DNA of 64,000 nucleotides, taken from NCBI GenBank assembly GCA_963757525.1, contig CAVWRM010000001.1:2823685-2887684 (forward strand), in the 5' to 3' direction. Shown here piece after piece: positions 9,470 to 21,918 of this stretch; position 1 is the stretch's first letter, and each line of letters opens with the position of its first letter. Below the pieces are notes generated by a model. The model was not told where the DNA came from. It saw only the letters and a list, made by a program, of their open reading frames with translations, and ran no database searches. The stretch comes from an uncultured Gemmatimonadales bacterium. Its GTDB lineage: Bacteria; Gemmatimonadota; Gemmatimonadetes; Gemmatimonadales; GWC2-71-9. The translations under genes were made by a program, and so were the position numbers.

Positions 9470-10528
9470 TCATGCGATCACGCCGCCGCCCAGCAGGCGG
9501 CCGTGGTCATCATACAGCACACCCGACTGCCCGGGCGTGATCGCACGGGTGGGGCGGCTCAGCCCCAGCGTCAGGCGATCCGCGGCCCGCTCGATGACCG
9601 CCGCCGGTACGCCGCGCGCGCGGTGACGGATCTGGACTTCGCACCGGGCACCCAGATCGAGGGGCGTCGCCAGCCAGTTGATCTCCTCGATCGTCACGCG
9701 GTGCCCCGCCAGCTCGGCGGCCGACCCGACCACCACCTCGCGACGCTCGGGATGGATCGCGACGACGAAGCGCGGCTCCGGCGAGCCGCCGGGCAGTCCC
9801 TTTCGCTGGCCGATGGTGTACCTGGCGTAGCCGCGGTGTTCGCCGACGACTTCGCCGCTGGTCGTGACCAGGGGTCCCGGTGCGAGCGCGGGAGCGTCCG
9901 CGGGGAGGTGCCGCTCCAAGACCCGGCTGTAGTCGTCGTCGGGAACGAAGCAGATTTCGACCGACTCCGGCTTCTCGGCGGTCGTCAGGCCGAGGGCGCG
10001 GGCGTACGCGCGGGTCTCCTGCTTGGAGAGCTCGCCGACGGGAGTCAGCATCCGTGACACGACCGCGCGATCGATGCCCCAGAGGAAGTAACTCTGGTCC
10101 TTGTCGCGGTCCCGTCCCCGATAGAGCGCCCCGTTCCTCGCGATCGCGTAGTGGCCCGTGGCGATGTAGCGGCAGTCGAGCGCGTCGGCGTGCGCCAGCA
10201 GGTCGCGGAACTTGGTGAACGAATTGCACCGCACGCACGGAATCGGCGTCCGCCCTCGGCTGTACTCGCTCACGAAGTTCTGGATGACGTGCAGGTTGAA
10301 GCGGTCCTCGAGATTGAGGACGTAATGGGGGATCCCGAGCCTGTGGGCCACGTCGCGCGCGTCGTTGATCGAGTCGAGCGAGCAGCACGGGCGGTCGGGC
10401 ACCGAGTCGCCGTAGCAGAAGAGCTTCATCGTGGCGGCGACGACGTCGTGGCCCTGCTCGACGAGACGCGCCGCGGCCACGGAGCTGTCCACTCCGCCCG
10501 ACATCGCCACCAGCACCCGCTCACGCAC
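9470..10528 (-). CDS. mnmA: tRNA 2-thiouridine(34) synthase MnmA
   Basis: PP-loop [16 protein letters not shown] chose GTG 10528 (8-nt overlap with the iscS stop) instead of the ORF-track start 10819, whose extension is R/S/P-rich junk. Confidence 0.9.
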   Translation of the reverse strand: MRERVLVAMSGGVDSSVAAARLVEQGHDVVAATMKLFCYGDSVPDRPCCSLDSINDARDVAHRLGIPHYVLNLEDRFNLHVIQNFVSEYSRGRTPIPCVRCNSFTKFRDLLAHADALDCRYIATGHYAIARNGALYRGRDRDKDQSYFLWGIDRAVVSRMLTPVGELSKQETRAYARALGLTTAEKPESVEICFVPDDDYSRVLERHLPADAPALAPGPLVTTSGEVVGEHRGYARYTIGQRKGLPGGSPEPRFVVAIHPERREVVVGSAAELAGHRVTIEEINWLATPLDLGARCEVQIRHRARGVPAAVIERAADRLTLGLSRPTRAITPGQSGVLYDDHGRLLGGGVIA

Positions 10529-11702
10529 GTCCGAGCATCCCGGCGAGCTTCCGCACTTTCTGGACGATGCCCGGCATGACCCCGCCGACGCGGTCGATGT
10601 CTTCCTCGGTGCTGTCATGGCCCAGGCTGAATCGGACGGCGCCGAGCGCCAGCTCCTTCGGAATCCCGATGGCCAGGAGCACGTGCGACGGCTCCACCGC
10701 GCCGGTGGAGCAGGCCGAGCCGCCCGAGGCCGCGACGCCTGCCATGTCGAGATGCATGAGAATGGCTTCGCTGTCGGCGCCCGCCACGGCCACGTTGAGG
10801 ACGTGGGGAGCCCGCTCACCGTCCTCCCCCACGATCACGATATCCGGGACCGCGCTCTTGAGCAGGCGGGCCAGCCGGTCCCGAAGCGCGGTCAGCCGGT
10901 GTGACTCGGCGGCCTGCTCCTGGACGGCGAGCTGCGCCGCCCGACCGAGGCCCACCGCTCCGGCAACGTTCTCGGTACCGGGACGAATGCCGTATTGCTG
11001 CCCGCCGCCGTGGATGATCGCCTCGACCGCCTTACGGTCGCGCACCACCAATACGCCGACTCCCTTGGGCGCCCCGATCTTGTGCCCCGAGAGTGTGAGC
11101 ATGGTGCAGGCCACGTCGCGGACCGAGACCGGCACCTTGCCGAATGCCTGGACCGCGTCGGTGTGCAGCGCGACATCAGCGGCGCGACATCGGCGCGCGA
11201 TCTCCTCCATCGGCTGGATGACACCGATCTCGTTGTTGACCCACATGACCGAGACCACGGCCGGGCGTTGTACCAGCGCGGCGTCGAGCGCATCGAGGTC
11301 GAGCAGCCCGCGCTGGTCGACCGGAAGGATCACTTCTCGCCCGCCGAGCCGGCAGACCGCGTGGGCCGCGGCCAGGATGGCCTTGTGCTCGATGGCCGAG
11401 ACGGCGGCGCACATGTCGGCGCCTCGCTCGCGGGCCGCGAGCGCCGCCCCGACGATTCCCAGATTGTCCGCCTCGGTCCCCCCGGAGGTGAAGATGACCT
11501 GGCTCGGCTCGGCGCCGACCGCCTCCGCCACCTCCCGCCGGGCCTGCTCCAACCCGGCCCGGGCGGCGCGGCCGAACTTGTGGCTGCTGCTGGGGTTACC
11601 AAACGTCGTAGCGGTGAGATAGGGGAGCATCGCCTCGAGCACTTCGGGGCGGACCGGGGTCGTGGCGGCGTGGTCGAGATAGACGGGGGCGGGGGCGGGC
11701 AT
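10521..11702 (-). CDS. iscS: cysteine desulfurase (IscS/NifS class V aminotransferase)
   Basis: 393 aa. PLP lysine region [12 protein letters not shown] and active-site loop SGGSACSTG. Confidence 0.9.
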   Translation of the reverse strand: MPAPAPVYLDHAATTPVRPEVLEAMLPYLTATTFGNPSSSHKFGRAARAGLEQARREVAEAVGAEPSQVIFTSGGTEADNLGIVGAALAARERGADMCAAVSAIEHKAILAAAHAVCRLGGREVILPVDQRGLLDLDALDAALVQRPAVVSVMWVNNEIGVIQPMEEIARRCRAADVALHTDAVQAFGKVPVSVRDVACTMLTLSGHKIGAPKGVGVLVVRDRKAVEAIIHGGGQQYGIRPGTENVAGAVGLGRAAQLAVQEQAAESHRLTALRDRLARLLKSAVPDIVIVGEDGERAPHVLNVAVAGADSEAILMHLDMAGVAASGGSACSTGAVEPSHVLLAIGIPKELALGAVRFSLGHDSTEEDIDRVGGVMPGIVQKVRKLAGMLGRA

Positions 11703-11719
11703 GGGGGAAGTTTATAGAG

Positions 11720-11851
11720 GGGAAAGGCGAAAGGCGAAGGGCTCAAGGCTCAAGGCTCAAGGCTGAAGGCTGAAGGCCACGAGGCCACAGCCTCCTCGCC
11801 TCAACCTTCAGCTTTCAGCTTTCAGCTTCTAGCCGTTCGCCTCCAGCCTCC
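11720..11851. repeat. opposed period-7 tandem arrays forming a long imperfect dyad
   Basis: Eight NNAAGGC heptads (gaaaggc x2, gaagggc, tcaaggc x3, tgaaggc x2). These face about 6 heptads of the near-complement (ttcagct x3, tctagcc, gttcgcc, tccagcc). On the minus strand the element begins right after the bshB-like stop at 11853. Confidence 0.85.
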
Positions 11852-11852
11852 C

Positions 11853-12569
11853 TCACATACTCCTCACCCCGAGCATGACGACATCGTCCACCGCCATGGT
11901 CTCGTGGGTGAAAAACGGCTCGCCGTACCGAACCCTGATGAGCGACCCGTAATGTGCGTTCTGGGTCTCCACGAGGGAGTACAGGTCCTGCCCGGTCGGG
12001 AAGATTTCTCCCGCCGCCTGGGCGCCGTCGAACTGGCTCGCGTAGCACCGGATCGCCTGCATCTTGCGCTCGAACTGTTCCCCGACATCCACCACGAAGG
12101 TCGGCTTCACCGGGTCCTCCCGGTACGACAGGGCGTACAGGACCTTGTGCGGACGGTGCGGCGGCCCGGGGGCCTCGTATTTCTCGAGGCCTGCCAGAAA
12201 GCAGGCGTCCCGTCCCAGCTCGGATGCGATCTGGTGATCGGGATGCCGGCCGACGGGGAAAGGCAGGATCACGACGCGGGGCGCGAAGTGGCGGATCTCC
12301 GCGACGACGGCGCGTCGGGTGTCCTCGGTATTGTGGAGATGGGCGTCGGGCAGTCCGGCGTTCCGCCGCTCGGCCACACCGAGAATGTCCGCGGCGCGCT
12401 CCGCCTCCTGGGCACGCAGCGCGGCGGTGCCCCGGGTGCCGCTTTCGCCGGCCGTGAGGTCGAGGATGCCGGTGCGGTGCCCCCCATCCGCCGCCTTCGC
12501 CAGCGTGCCGGCGCAGGTCAGCTCGACGTCGTCGCGGTGGGCCGCGATCGCCAGGATATCGACAGCCAT
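11853..12569 (-). CDS. PIG-L/LmbE family deacetylase (bacillithiol biosynthesis BshB1-like)
   Basis: 238 aa. MAVDILAIAAHRDDVELTCAGTLAK matches the AHPDD-type LmbE motif. Confidence 0.75.
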   Translation of the reverse strand: MAVDILAIAAHRDDVELTCAGTLAKAADGGHRTGILDLTAGESGTRGTAALRAQEAERAADILGVAERRNAGLPDAHLHNTEDTRRAVVAEIRHFAPRVVILPFPVGRHPDHQIASELGRDACFLAGLEKYEAPGPPHRPHKVLYALSYREDPVKPTFVVDVGEQFERKMQAIRCYASQFDGAQAAGEIFPTGQDLYSLVETQNAHYGSLIRVRYGEPFFTHETMAVDDVVMLGVRSM

Positions 12570-12584
12570 GGGGAACGAATATAC

Positions 12585-13820
12585 CTACTCGTGGCGAAGC
12601 GCTTCGACCGGATCCATGCGGGCGGCGCGATTGGCGGGATAGAGGCCGAAGGCGAGGCCGATGCCGATGCTCACCCCGCACGCGAGGCCGGCGCTCCAGA
12701 GCGGCACCGCCGACTCGAGCTTGAGCGCGGCCTTCAGCACCTCGCCCGCGAGCAGCCCGAAGGCGATTCCCAGCAGTCCGCCGATGAAGGTGAGCGTGGC
12801 GGCCTCCACCAGGAACTGCCAGAGAATCTCGCGGCGCGTGGCGCCCAGGGCCTTCCGCAGCCCGATCTCCTTCGTGCGGTCGGTGACCGAGACCATCATG
12901 ATGGCCATGACCCCGATCCCCCCGACGAGCAGCGCGACGCTCGACAGCGAGACCATGGCGAGGAAGAAGTACGTGGTGAACTTGCCGACGACGTCGAGGA
13001 TCTGGTCCTGGCTGATCAGGTCGAACGTGTTCGGCATCCCCGGCCGCAGGTTCCGCACCCGGCGGAGCGCCACGGTGGCGAGGTCCCGCACGGCCTCCGG
13101 CTCCGTCCCGGCTCGCGGCTTCACGGCGATGAAGAGCGCGTTGGTCTCGTCGTATTTGTAGTTCTGGCGTGCAGTCTCGAAGGGAATGACCCCACCCACC
13201 TCCTGACCTGGCGGCTCGAAGATGTTCCCCGGTTTCTCGTAGACGCCGATGATACGCATCGGCTTGCCGCCGACGCGGACGTATCGTCCCAGCGGGTCGA
13301 TCCGGCCGAAGAGCCGCTCCGCTACGCCGCTCTCGATCACGATCACTTCCGCGCCGCCCTGCTCGCCCCGGGTGAAGAACCGGCCCCGCAGCAGCGTGCC
13401 GCCCTGGATGTCCATGTAGTGATCGTCCGAGCCGAACACGGTCAAGATCTGGGTCCGGGCGCCCTGGTAGTCCATCCGCTCGAAGAGCTGCACCCACATG
13501 GCCGAATACCCGATCTCGGGCACCTGGGCCAGGGCGGCCGCGTCGGCGGAGGAGAGGACGGGCCGGATGCGGACCTCGTAGGGGAGCCGGTCCGGATTGA
13601 CAGGCGTCGACGAGAAGAACCGCACGACGTAGAACACCGACGGGCCCGCGGTCTCGATCGCGTTGAAGATCTGGGTGCGGATGCCCTGGACCATCGAGGC
13701 GATCGCCATCACCGTCGTCACCCCGATCACGACCCCGAGGATCGTGAGGCCGGACCGCAGCTTGTTGGCTCGGAGCGAGGCCAGCGCGATGGAAACCCCT
13801 TCGCCGACGTTCCGCAGCAC
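12585..13820 (-). CDS. MacB/LolCE-type ABC permease (FtsX domain), paralog B2
   Basis: 411 aa. N-terminal TM, large periplasmic domain, C-terminal FtsX 3-TM. C-terminus is MDPVEALRHE. Confidence 0.85.
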   Translation of the reverse strand: MLRNVGEGVSIALASLRANKLRSGLTILGVVIGVTTVMAIASMVQGIRTQIFNAIETAGPSVFYVVRFFSSTPVNPDRLPYEVRIRPVLSSADAAALAQVPEIGYSAMWVQLFERMDYQGARTQILTVFGSDDHYMDIQGGTLLRGRFFTRGEQGGAEVIVIESGVAERLFGRIDPLGRYVRVGGKPMRIIGVYEKPGNIFEPPGQEVGGVIPFETARQNYKYDETNALFIAVKPRAGTEPEAVRDLATVALRRVRNLRPGMPNTFDLISQDQILDVVGKFTTYFFLAMVSLSSVALLVGGIGVMAIMMVSVTDRTKEIGLRKALGATRREILWQFLVEAATLTFIGGLLGIAFGLLAGEVLKAALKLESAVPLWSAGLACGVSIGIGLAFGLYPANRAARMDPVEALRHE

Positions 13821-13823
13821 CGG

Positions 13824-15068
13824 CTACTCGGCGCGCAGGGCGGTAATGGGGTCCAGCCGAGCGGCGCGCGACGCGGGGAAGACGCCGAACACGACACCCG
13901 CGCCGGCCCCGAGGGCGAGCGCGACAGCGACCGACCAGAGCGTGATCCGGGCGGGGAGCGGCGTCAGCGTCGAGACCAGCACGGCGAGCCCCCATCCCCC
14001 GAGCACCCCCTGCACGCCGCCGAGCGTGGAGAGGACGACGGCCTCGATAAGGAATTGCCGCCGGATGTCGCGCCGGCGGGCTCCGAGCGACTTGCGGAGG
14101 CCGATCTCACGCGTGCGCTCGGTCACGCTCATGAGCATGATGTTCATGATCACGATGCCGCCGACCACGATCCCGATACAGACGACCGCCGGGATGGCCG
14201 TGAACAGGATGCGGGTGAGGTTGCGCCAGAAGGCCACCAGCGCGTCGGCCTTGTCGACGCTGAAGTCGTTGGGCTCGTCCGGGCGTAGCCGGTGCGCGAT
14301 CCGCATCGCCTCCTCGGCCCGGCCCATCGCCCCGTCGATCTCGTCGGCGGTGGCCATCTTGACGGACACCACCGTGGTCTTTCGCCTCCCGTAGAACGAT
14401 TCGAAGGTGCTGAACGGCATCAGAATGAAGCCGTCGAACGACTGTCCCAGCACCCGGCCCTTCTTCGCGATCACGCCCTTCACGGTCACCTCGCGGCCGC
14501 CGACCCTGACCCTGGCGCCCACCGCGGCCGTGGCCCGGTCGAAGAGCTTGTCGGCGACGTCGTACCCGAGCACCACCACGAGTCGACGCTCCCGGATGTC
14601 GGGGTCGCTCAACGGATCGCCCGCGAGCATCTGGTAGTCCTGGACCACCTGATACGGCGGGGTGACCCCGAACACCAGCACGTCGCCCACGGTTCGATTC
14701 CGGTGCGCCACGTTGCTGACCGGGGTGGGCCACCCGGACTGGAGCGCGACGGCTCTGGCGTCCGGCAACGCCCGCTGCAGCACCGCGGCGTCGTCCTCGG
14801 AGATGAGGGGGCGCTTGCTCAGCGCCTTCACTTGTTCGTCGTCCATGAGACCGACGGCGATGGGATTCCGGCGGACCTGGAAGGCATTGTTGCCCACGAT
14901 GGCGTTCGTGAGGTTCTCTTTGACGTACCCGTTCATCCCCTGAATGACGGCCACGACCACCACGAGGAAGCCGACCGAGACGATGATGCCGAGCAATGTG
15001 AAAAAGGAGCGAAGCTTGCTGGACCAGATGGACTGCAGGGCGAGACGGAGGGCCTCGGACAGGGGCAT
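13824..15068 (-). CDS. MacB/LolCE-type ABC permease, paralog A2
   Basis: Starts at MPLSEALRLALQSIWSSKLRSFF (ATG 15068) inside the 744 aa ORF. C-terminus is LDPITALRAE. Confidence 0.85.
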   Translation of the reverse strand: MPLSEALRLALQSIWSSKLRSFFTLLGIIVSVGFLVVVVAVIQGMNGYVKENLTNAIVGNNAFQVRRNPIAVGLMDDEQVKALSKRPLISEDDAAVLQRALPDARAVALQSGWPTPVSNVAHRNRTVGDVLVFGVTPPYQVVQDYQMLAGDPLSDPDIRERRLVVVLGYDVADKLFDRATAAVGARVRVGGREVTVKGVIAKKGRVLGQSFDGFILMPFSTFESFYGRRKTTVVSVKMATADEIDGAMGRAEEAMRIAHRLRPDEPNDFSVDKADALVAFWRNLTRILFTAIPAVVCIGIVVGGIVIMNIMLMSVTERTREIGLRKSLGARRRDIRRQFLIEAVVLSTLGGVQGVLGGWGLAVLVSTLTPLPARITLWSVAVALALGAGAGVVFGVFPASRAARLDPITALRAE

Positions 15069-15085
15069 GAGAGGAAGATAAGGCC

Positions 15086-16312
<1,227 letters not shown>

Positions 16313-16344
16313 GCGCGAGAGCAGTCGCGCCCCGGACGCGCGCA

Positions 16345-17586
16345 CTACTCGGCCCTCAGCGCGACGATCGGGTCGAGACGGGAGGCCCGGCTCGCCGGAT
16401 AGACCCCCGCCGCCACGCCGACCGAGATGCCGAGCGCCACGCCGACGAGAATGGACCACGGCGCGACCGCGGCGGGGAGCGGCGTGACCTGCTTCACGAC
16501 CCAGGCCAGCGCGAGACCGAAGCCGATACCGGCCATGGCCCCGGCCAGCGACAGCGTTGCCGATTCCACGACGAACTGGGCGAGGATGTCGCTCCGGCGG
16601 GCGCCCAGCGCCTTCCGGATCCCGATCTCGCGCGTCCGCTCGCTGACCGCCATCAGCATGATGTTCATGATGACGATCCCGCCCACGACGAGGGAGATGG
16701 CCACGAGGCCCGGAAGGGCGAGAAACAGGACCCGCGAGATCTTCTTCCACGTGCCCAGCGCGCTCTCCGCCGTCTGGAAGGCGAAGTTGTCCTCCTGCCA
16801 GGGCTTGAGCTGGCGGCGGCTTCGCATCGCCGCCTCCGCCTCTCCCATCGCCTCCTCCATCGAGGTCGGGTCCGCGGTCCTCACGATGAGCGCGTCGAGG
16901 ATGTTGATGGGGCAGATCAGGCGCCGCGCGGGCGCGTTGAACGGCATGATGGCGAACTTGTCGAGCGAGATGCCGAAGAGCGTGCCCTGCTTCGCCACCA
17001 CGCCGATGATCCGGTAGGGCAGGCCGCCGATCTGAACCGACTTTCCGAGCGGATCCACGTTGGGCAGCAGCTTGGAGGCCAGTTCGCTGCCGATCACGAG
17101 CACGGGGATGGCGCTCGTGACTTCCTGCGGCGTGAACGTGCGCCCCGCGGTGATCTCGTAGTTCCGGATCTCGAAGTAGGTGGCCTCGGTGCCGACCAGG
17201 TCGACGTCCTTGGCCAGCCGGCCTCCGTAATGCACGGTGACGCGATCGGTGCAGAACTTGGCGAAGGTCGCCGGGGTGCTGATGCGCTCCCGCACGTAGT
17301 CGGCGTCGGTGTAGCTGATGCGGGGCCGCCGGCTCCACTCCCGCCAGGTTTCCTCGGTGACGTTCCCGGTGACGATGTTGGGCCGGTGCCGCAGCTCGAA
17401 CGTGTTGGCCCCCACCAGGGTGTTCGCGAAGCGGTCCACCATGTACCGGTTGAGTCCCTGCACGATCGAGACGACCGCGATCAGGAAGGTGACGCCGATC
17501 AGCACGCCGATCAGCGAAAAGAAGCTCTTGAGCTTCTGCACCCGGATGGTCCGGAATGCCATCCGGAACGCTTCGACCACGGACAT
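16345..17586 (-). CDS. MacB/LolCE-type ABC permease, paralog A1
   Basis: 413 aa. N-terminus MSVVEAFRMAFRTIRVQKLKSFF, C-terminus LDPIVALRAE. Confidence 0.85.
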   Translation of the reverse strand: MSVVEAFRMAFRTIRVQKLKSFFSLIGVLIGVTFLIAVVSIVQGLNRYMVDRFANTLVGANTFELRHRPNIVTGNVTEETWREWSRRPRISYTDADYVRERISTPATFAKFCTDRVTVHYGGRLAKDVDLVGTEATYFEIRNYEITAGRTFTPQEVTSAIPVLVIGSELASKLLPNVDPLGKSVQIGGLPYRIIGVVAKQGTLFGISLDKFAIMPFNAPARRLICPINILDALIVRTADPTSMEEAMGEAEAAMRSRRQLKPWQEDNFAFQTAESALGTWKKISRVLFLALPGLVAISLVVGGIVIMNIMLMAVSERTREIGIRKALGARRSDILAQFVVESATLSLAGAMAGIGFGLALAWVVKQVTPLPAAVAPWSILVGVALGISVGVAAGVYPASRASRLDPIVALRAE

Positions 17587-17587
17587 G

Positions 17588-18282
<695 letters not shown>

Positions 18283-18286
<4 letters not shown>

Positions 18287-19569
18287 GATTCCGCCGGCTG
18301 CTTCTTCTTCGCGGTATCCGCCGCGTGCACCCGGCCGCCGTCCTTGAGCTCGCGAATGGCCTGATACGTGCCTGCCGCGATCGTCTCCCCCTCGCGGAGC
18401 CCATCCACCACCTCGAAGTACTCGTCGCCCGCGATCCCGACCTTGACCGGGCGGAAGGTGGCCCTGTTGTCGCGCACGATGAACACGCCCTCGGCTTCCT
18501 TGGAGCGGTCGCGCCGGCGCAGCGTATCGCCCGGGGGGCGGGTCGAGTCGTTCTCGTTGAGGAGACGCTCGTGGTCGCGCACGGTGAGGGCGATGATGGG
18601 AATGCTGAGCACGTGCGCGCGGGTGTCGGTGACGATCCGCGCCGTGCAGCTCAGATCGGGGCGGACGTCCTGCGGCGGCGCGTCCAGGGTCACCTCGACG
18701 TCGAAGTCCACGGCCCGGTCGTTGGATCCGCTGGCGGTCTGGGTGGGCGTGAGCTTGGCGCTGTGGCTCACCTTCGTGACCCGGCCCACGAAGGTCGTGT
18801 CGGGATACGCGTCGATGGTCACGTCCACCGAGTCGTTGGCCGTGAGCCGGACGACGTCGGTCTCGTCCACCTGCACTTTCGCGAGGATCACGGAGAGGTC
18901 CGCGATGCTCATGAGCAGTCCCACGTCCTTCGAGAAGGTGCCCGGCACGGCGACCTCACCCTCTTCGACGGCCAGCCGCACCACGCGGCCCGAGATCGGC
19001 GACGTCAGCCGGGTCTTCGCGAGATTGTCGCGCGCCTCCTGGAGGCCGGCCCTCGACTGATCGAGCTGCGCCTGCATCGAGACGTAGTTGGCCTGGGCGA
19101 CCTCGTAGGCCGTCTGCGCCTGCTCGGCCGATTCCTGGGTAATGAGGTTCGGCCCCAGCTTGGTCAGCTCCTGGGCGCGGCGCCAGGCACGCTCGGCCTG
19201 GTCGCGACTGGCTCTGGTCTGCAGCACCGTCGCCTGGGTGGACGACACGACCCCCTGGGCCCGGTCGACCGCGGCCTGATACTGGGCCGGGTCGATCTGG
19301 ATCAGGAACTGGCCCTTGCGGACGGTGTCGCCCTCGCGCACGGCGATCTTGATGATGCGGCCCGTGATGTCGGCGCTGATGTCGACCGACGTCTTCGCCT
19401 CGATCTTGCCGCTGGCCGTCACCACGCTCACGAGGTCCCGGCGGGCAACCTGCTCCAGCCGGACCTCCGTGCCTTCCTTCTTCTTCGCGTTGATCCGCCA
19501 GGCAACGACGCCCCCCGCGATGACCGCGACCACCCCAAGACTCAGACCGATCTTCATCCCGCGCGACAT
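18283..19569 (-). CDS. efflux RND/MacA-type periplasmic adaptor (HlyD family)
   Basis: 428 aa. N-terminal TM anchor, coiled-coil hairpin and beta-barrel regions. 4-nt overlap with the ATPase gene. Confidence 0.85.
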
Positions 19570-19581
19570 GTGGGGCCCTCG

Positions 19582-21135
19582 TTAGCGTAGTGGCCGGCCG
19601 ACCGCCGCCTCCAGCGCGGCGATGGCCTTGTGATAGTCGTAGATCGCGTTCACGTAGTCGCCTTCGGCCCGCTGAACGGCGTTCTGCGCGTCCGAAACCT
19701 CGAGCGAGGTCCCGGCCCCCAGCCGGTAGCGGTCCTGCGCCAGCCTGAGCTGATCGCGGGCGGCATTTCGGTTAGCCGATTGCACCGCGATCGCCTCGTA
19801 CGCGGTGCCGAGCGCGAGGTAGCGCGCGTGCACGTCGGCCCGAACCTGGAGGCGGCGGGCTCGTACGTTCTCGTCGGCATCGTCCTCGTCGGCCCGGGCC
19901 TGCGAGACGCGCAAGGACCGGCTGAACCCGGTGAAGATCGGCAGCGAGATCCGGAGGCTGGCCTGGAACGGCTGACCGGTATAGTGGAAGGGAAAGACAC
20001 TGTTGGTGCTGAGGACCTGCTGGCTCACCGGGTCGAGCAGCATGCCACCCCCGTCGACGAGCCCGGAGGCCGCGAAGCAGTTCGAGGTCTCCCCGCCCAG
20101 GTTGAGCGCGGACCGGACCTGGTTGTTGTACTGACAGTCCGATGCCCGGTTCTGGGCGTCCGCCAGCGTCTGGTTGAGCAGCAGGTTCTCGTTGGTGAAC
20201 TGCTGGGTGAACCCGCTCCATCCCGCCTGCATCTGCAGCGTCGGTAGAAACTCCGACTTGGCCGCGCGCACGTTCCACGAGGCCGCGCTCTGCCGGGCCG
20301 TGAGCGAGCGCAGCACGGGATTCTGCGAATCTGCCAGCGCGAGGAGGGAGTCGAGCTTGAAGGTGGGCTCCGTCACGGGGAAGGTGTCGCTCACCGCGAT
20401 TTCCTCCACCGGCACCGGCGGCTCGACCCCCATCCGTCGAATCAGATCCAGCTTCGCCTCGTTCTCCGCCTGGACGGCTCGCAGCAGGGCGACGTCGCTC
20501 TGACCCTTGATGACCTCCGCCTGTCGGACATCGAGCAGAGTCGCCTGGCCGACCTGGTACCGCGCCTTCGCCAGATTGAGGAAGTCGACATTCCGGGACA
20601 CCTGCTGCCGTGCGACATCGACCTGGGCCGCGGCCTGCAGCGTGTTCAGATACTGGGTCACGATTTCGGCGCGCAGGCTCACGCCCGCGCCGCTGATGTC
20701 TTCGTTGGTGGCGTGCTGCAGCGCCTTCTGCTGCCCTGGTCCGGTCAAGGCCCGCCCGTCGAGCTGCCAGAGGATTCCCACGTTGTAGCCCGACGTCAGA
20801 AAGGCGGACGTCGGTTGAATGAAGCCGCCACCGATGTTGGTCTGTCCCGAGCCCACATAGCCGACATCGCTCGAGACGTTGAGCTGCGGCAGCAGGTTGC
20901 CATAGGCGTTCCGCACCGCCCACCGCGCCGGGCCCGCGTCGTTCAGCGTTTGCCGGTACGCGGGGCTGTTGGCCCGGGCCTGCTGCAGCGCGTCCTCGAG
21001 CGACAGCGTGACGCGGGGCGTGGGTCGCGGCGGGGCCGCGGTGTCCGGCCGGGCCGGGGCGGCGGTCGTATCCTGCGCCACGGCCGCGGCAGGAACGGTC
21101 CACAGGAACGCGATGAGGGCTAACCAGCGAGTCAT
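19582..21135 (-). CDS. TolC-family outer membrane efflux protein
   Basis: Signal peptide MTRWLALIAFLWTVPAAAVAQ (ATG 21135) and two OEP repeats. Ends YDYHKAIAALEAAVGRPL. Confidence 0.85.
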   Translation of the reverse strand: MTRWLALIAFLWTVPAAAVAQDTTAAPARPDTAAPPRPTPRVTLSLEDALQQARANSPAYRQTLNDAGPARWAVRNAYGNLLPQLNVSSDVGYVGSGQTNIGGGFIQPTSAFLTSGYNVGILWQLDGRALTGPGQQKALQHATNEDISGAGVSLRAEIVTQYLNTLQAAAQVDVARQQVSRNVDFLNLAKARYQVGQATLLDVRQAEVIKGQSDVALLRAVQAENEAKLDLIRRMGVEPPVPVEEIAVSDTFPVTEPTFKLDSLLALADSQNPVLRSLTARQSAASWNVRAAKSEFLPTLQMQAGWSGFTQQFTNENLLLNQTLADAQNRASDCQYNNQVRSALNLGGETSNCFAASGLVDGGGMLLDPVSQQVLSTNSVFPFHYTGQPFQASLRISLPIFTGFSRSLRVSQARADEDDADENVRARRLQVRADVHARYLALGTAYEAIAVQSANRNAARDQLRLAQDRYRLGAGTSLEVSDAQNAVQRAEGDYVNAIYDYHKAIAALEAAVGRPLR

Positions 21136-21264
21136 GGGTGAAAACCCTTTTAGGTGTGGACGTGACCGAGGCGCCATACGGACGCCTCGCCGCTGAGGTT
21201 TCAGGTTGCGACGAATGGTCGTATCGAGGCTGTCGGCGAACGACTTACAACACGGGAAGGGATT

Positions 21265-21918
21265 CTAGTCGGCCTTGGCCGCAATCAGGCCCTGACCCGG
21301 CAGCTCGAGCCGTTCGACACGCCCGCGACCATCGGTCAGCAGGGTGCCGGCGATGCCTCCCGTGAGCACGATTCGCGCGGACGCCCCCTTGCCCCCGGAC
21401 TCGAGCCGGGCGCTGAACGTGGCGCGCTTGCCGGTGCGGGGGAAGATCGCGGTGAGCGGTCGGCCGGCCGGCGTGGCGAGATCGGCGACGGCGGAGTAGA
21501 GCGAGAAGACCTGATCGTCGAGCAGTACCACGTCGGGGCCGCCGGGAAGCTCCCGTCCGGATTCGGAGCCCTTGGCCACCGTGCGCACGATGAGGCGGGC
21601 GCCGGATCCCGCCGCCAGAATCACGGTGACCAGGCCGCCGCTCTCGACGTCGAGCTGGAATTTCGCGAGCCCCCCATCCTCGGTGCGCTCGAGCGTCGCG
21701 GCGAGCTGTGTCGTCGGGTTCGTGGCCGGATAGCGCGCCGAGGCCGTGATCGTCGTGCCGGGGAGTCCGCGCCCCCGATTCGGGCGGAGCGAGAACTCCT
21801 CCCGGCCGATCTCGTGCCCGCCCTGCTGTATCACCAGCCTGGCTTCGGACTTCTCCTGGGCTGCGGCAGTGGCGGAGAGCGCCTGCGTCACGAGCATCAG
21901 CACGACGGCGTAGCGCAT
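21265..21918 (-). CDS. hypothetical secreted protein
   Basis: 217 aa. Signal peptide MRYAVVLMLVTQALSATAAAQ. Normal amino-acid composition. Abuts the creatininase-family stop. Confidence 0.5.
   Translation of the reverse strand: MRYAVVLMLVTQALSATAAAQEKSEARLVIQQGGHEIGREEFSLRPNRGRGLPGTTITASARYPATNPTTQLAATLERTEDGGLAKFQLDVESGGLVTVILAAGSGARLIVRTVAKGSESGRELPGGPDVVLLDDQVFSLYSAVADLATPAGRPLTAIFPRTGKRATFSARLESGGKGASARIVLTGGIAGTLLTDGRGRVERLELPGQGLIAAKAD

Noticed and set aside
11815-14288. 726 aa (-) and 794 aa (+) ORFs spanning the bshB-like gene and the ABC permeases
   Set aside because: Same high-GC artefact. The real genes in other frames have clear LmbE and FtsX/MacB signatures and sensible start/stop spacing.
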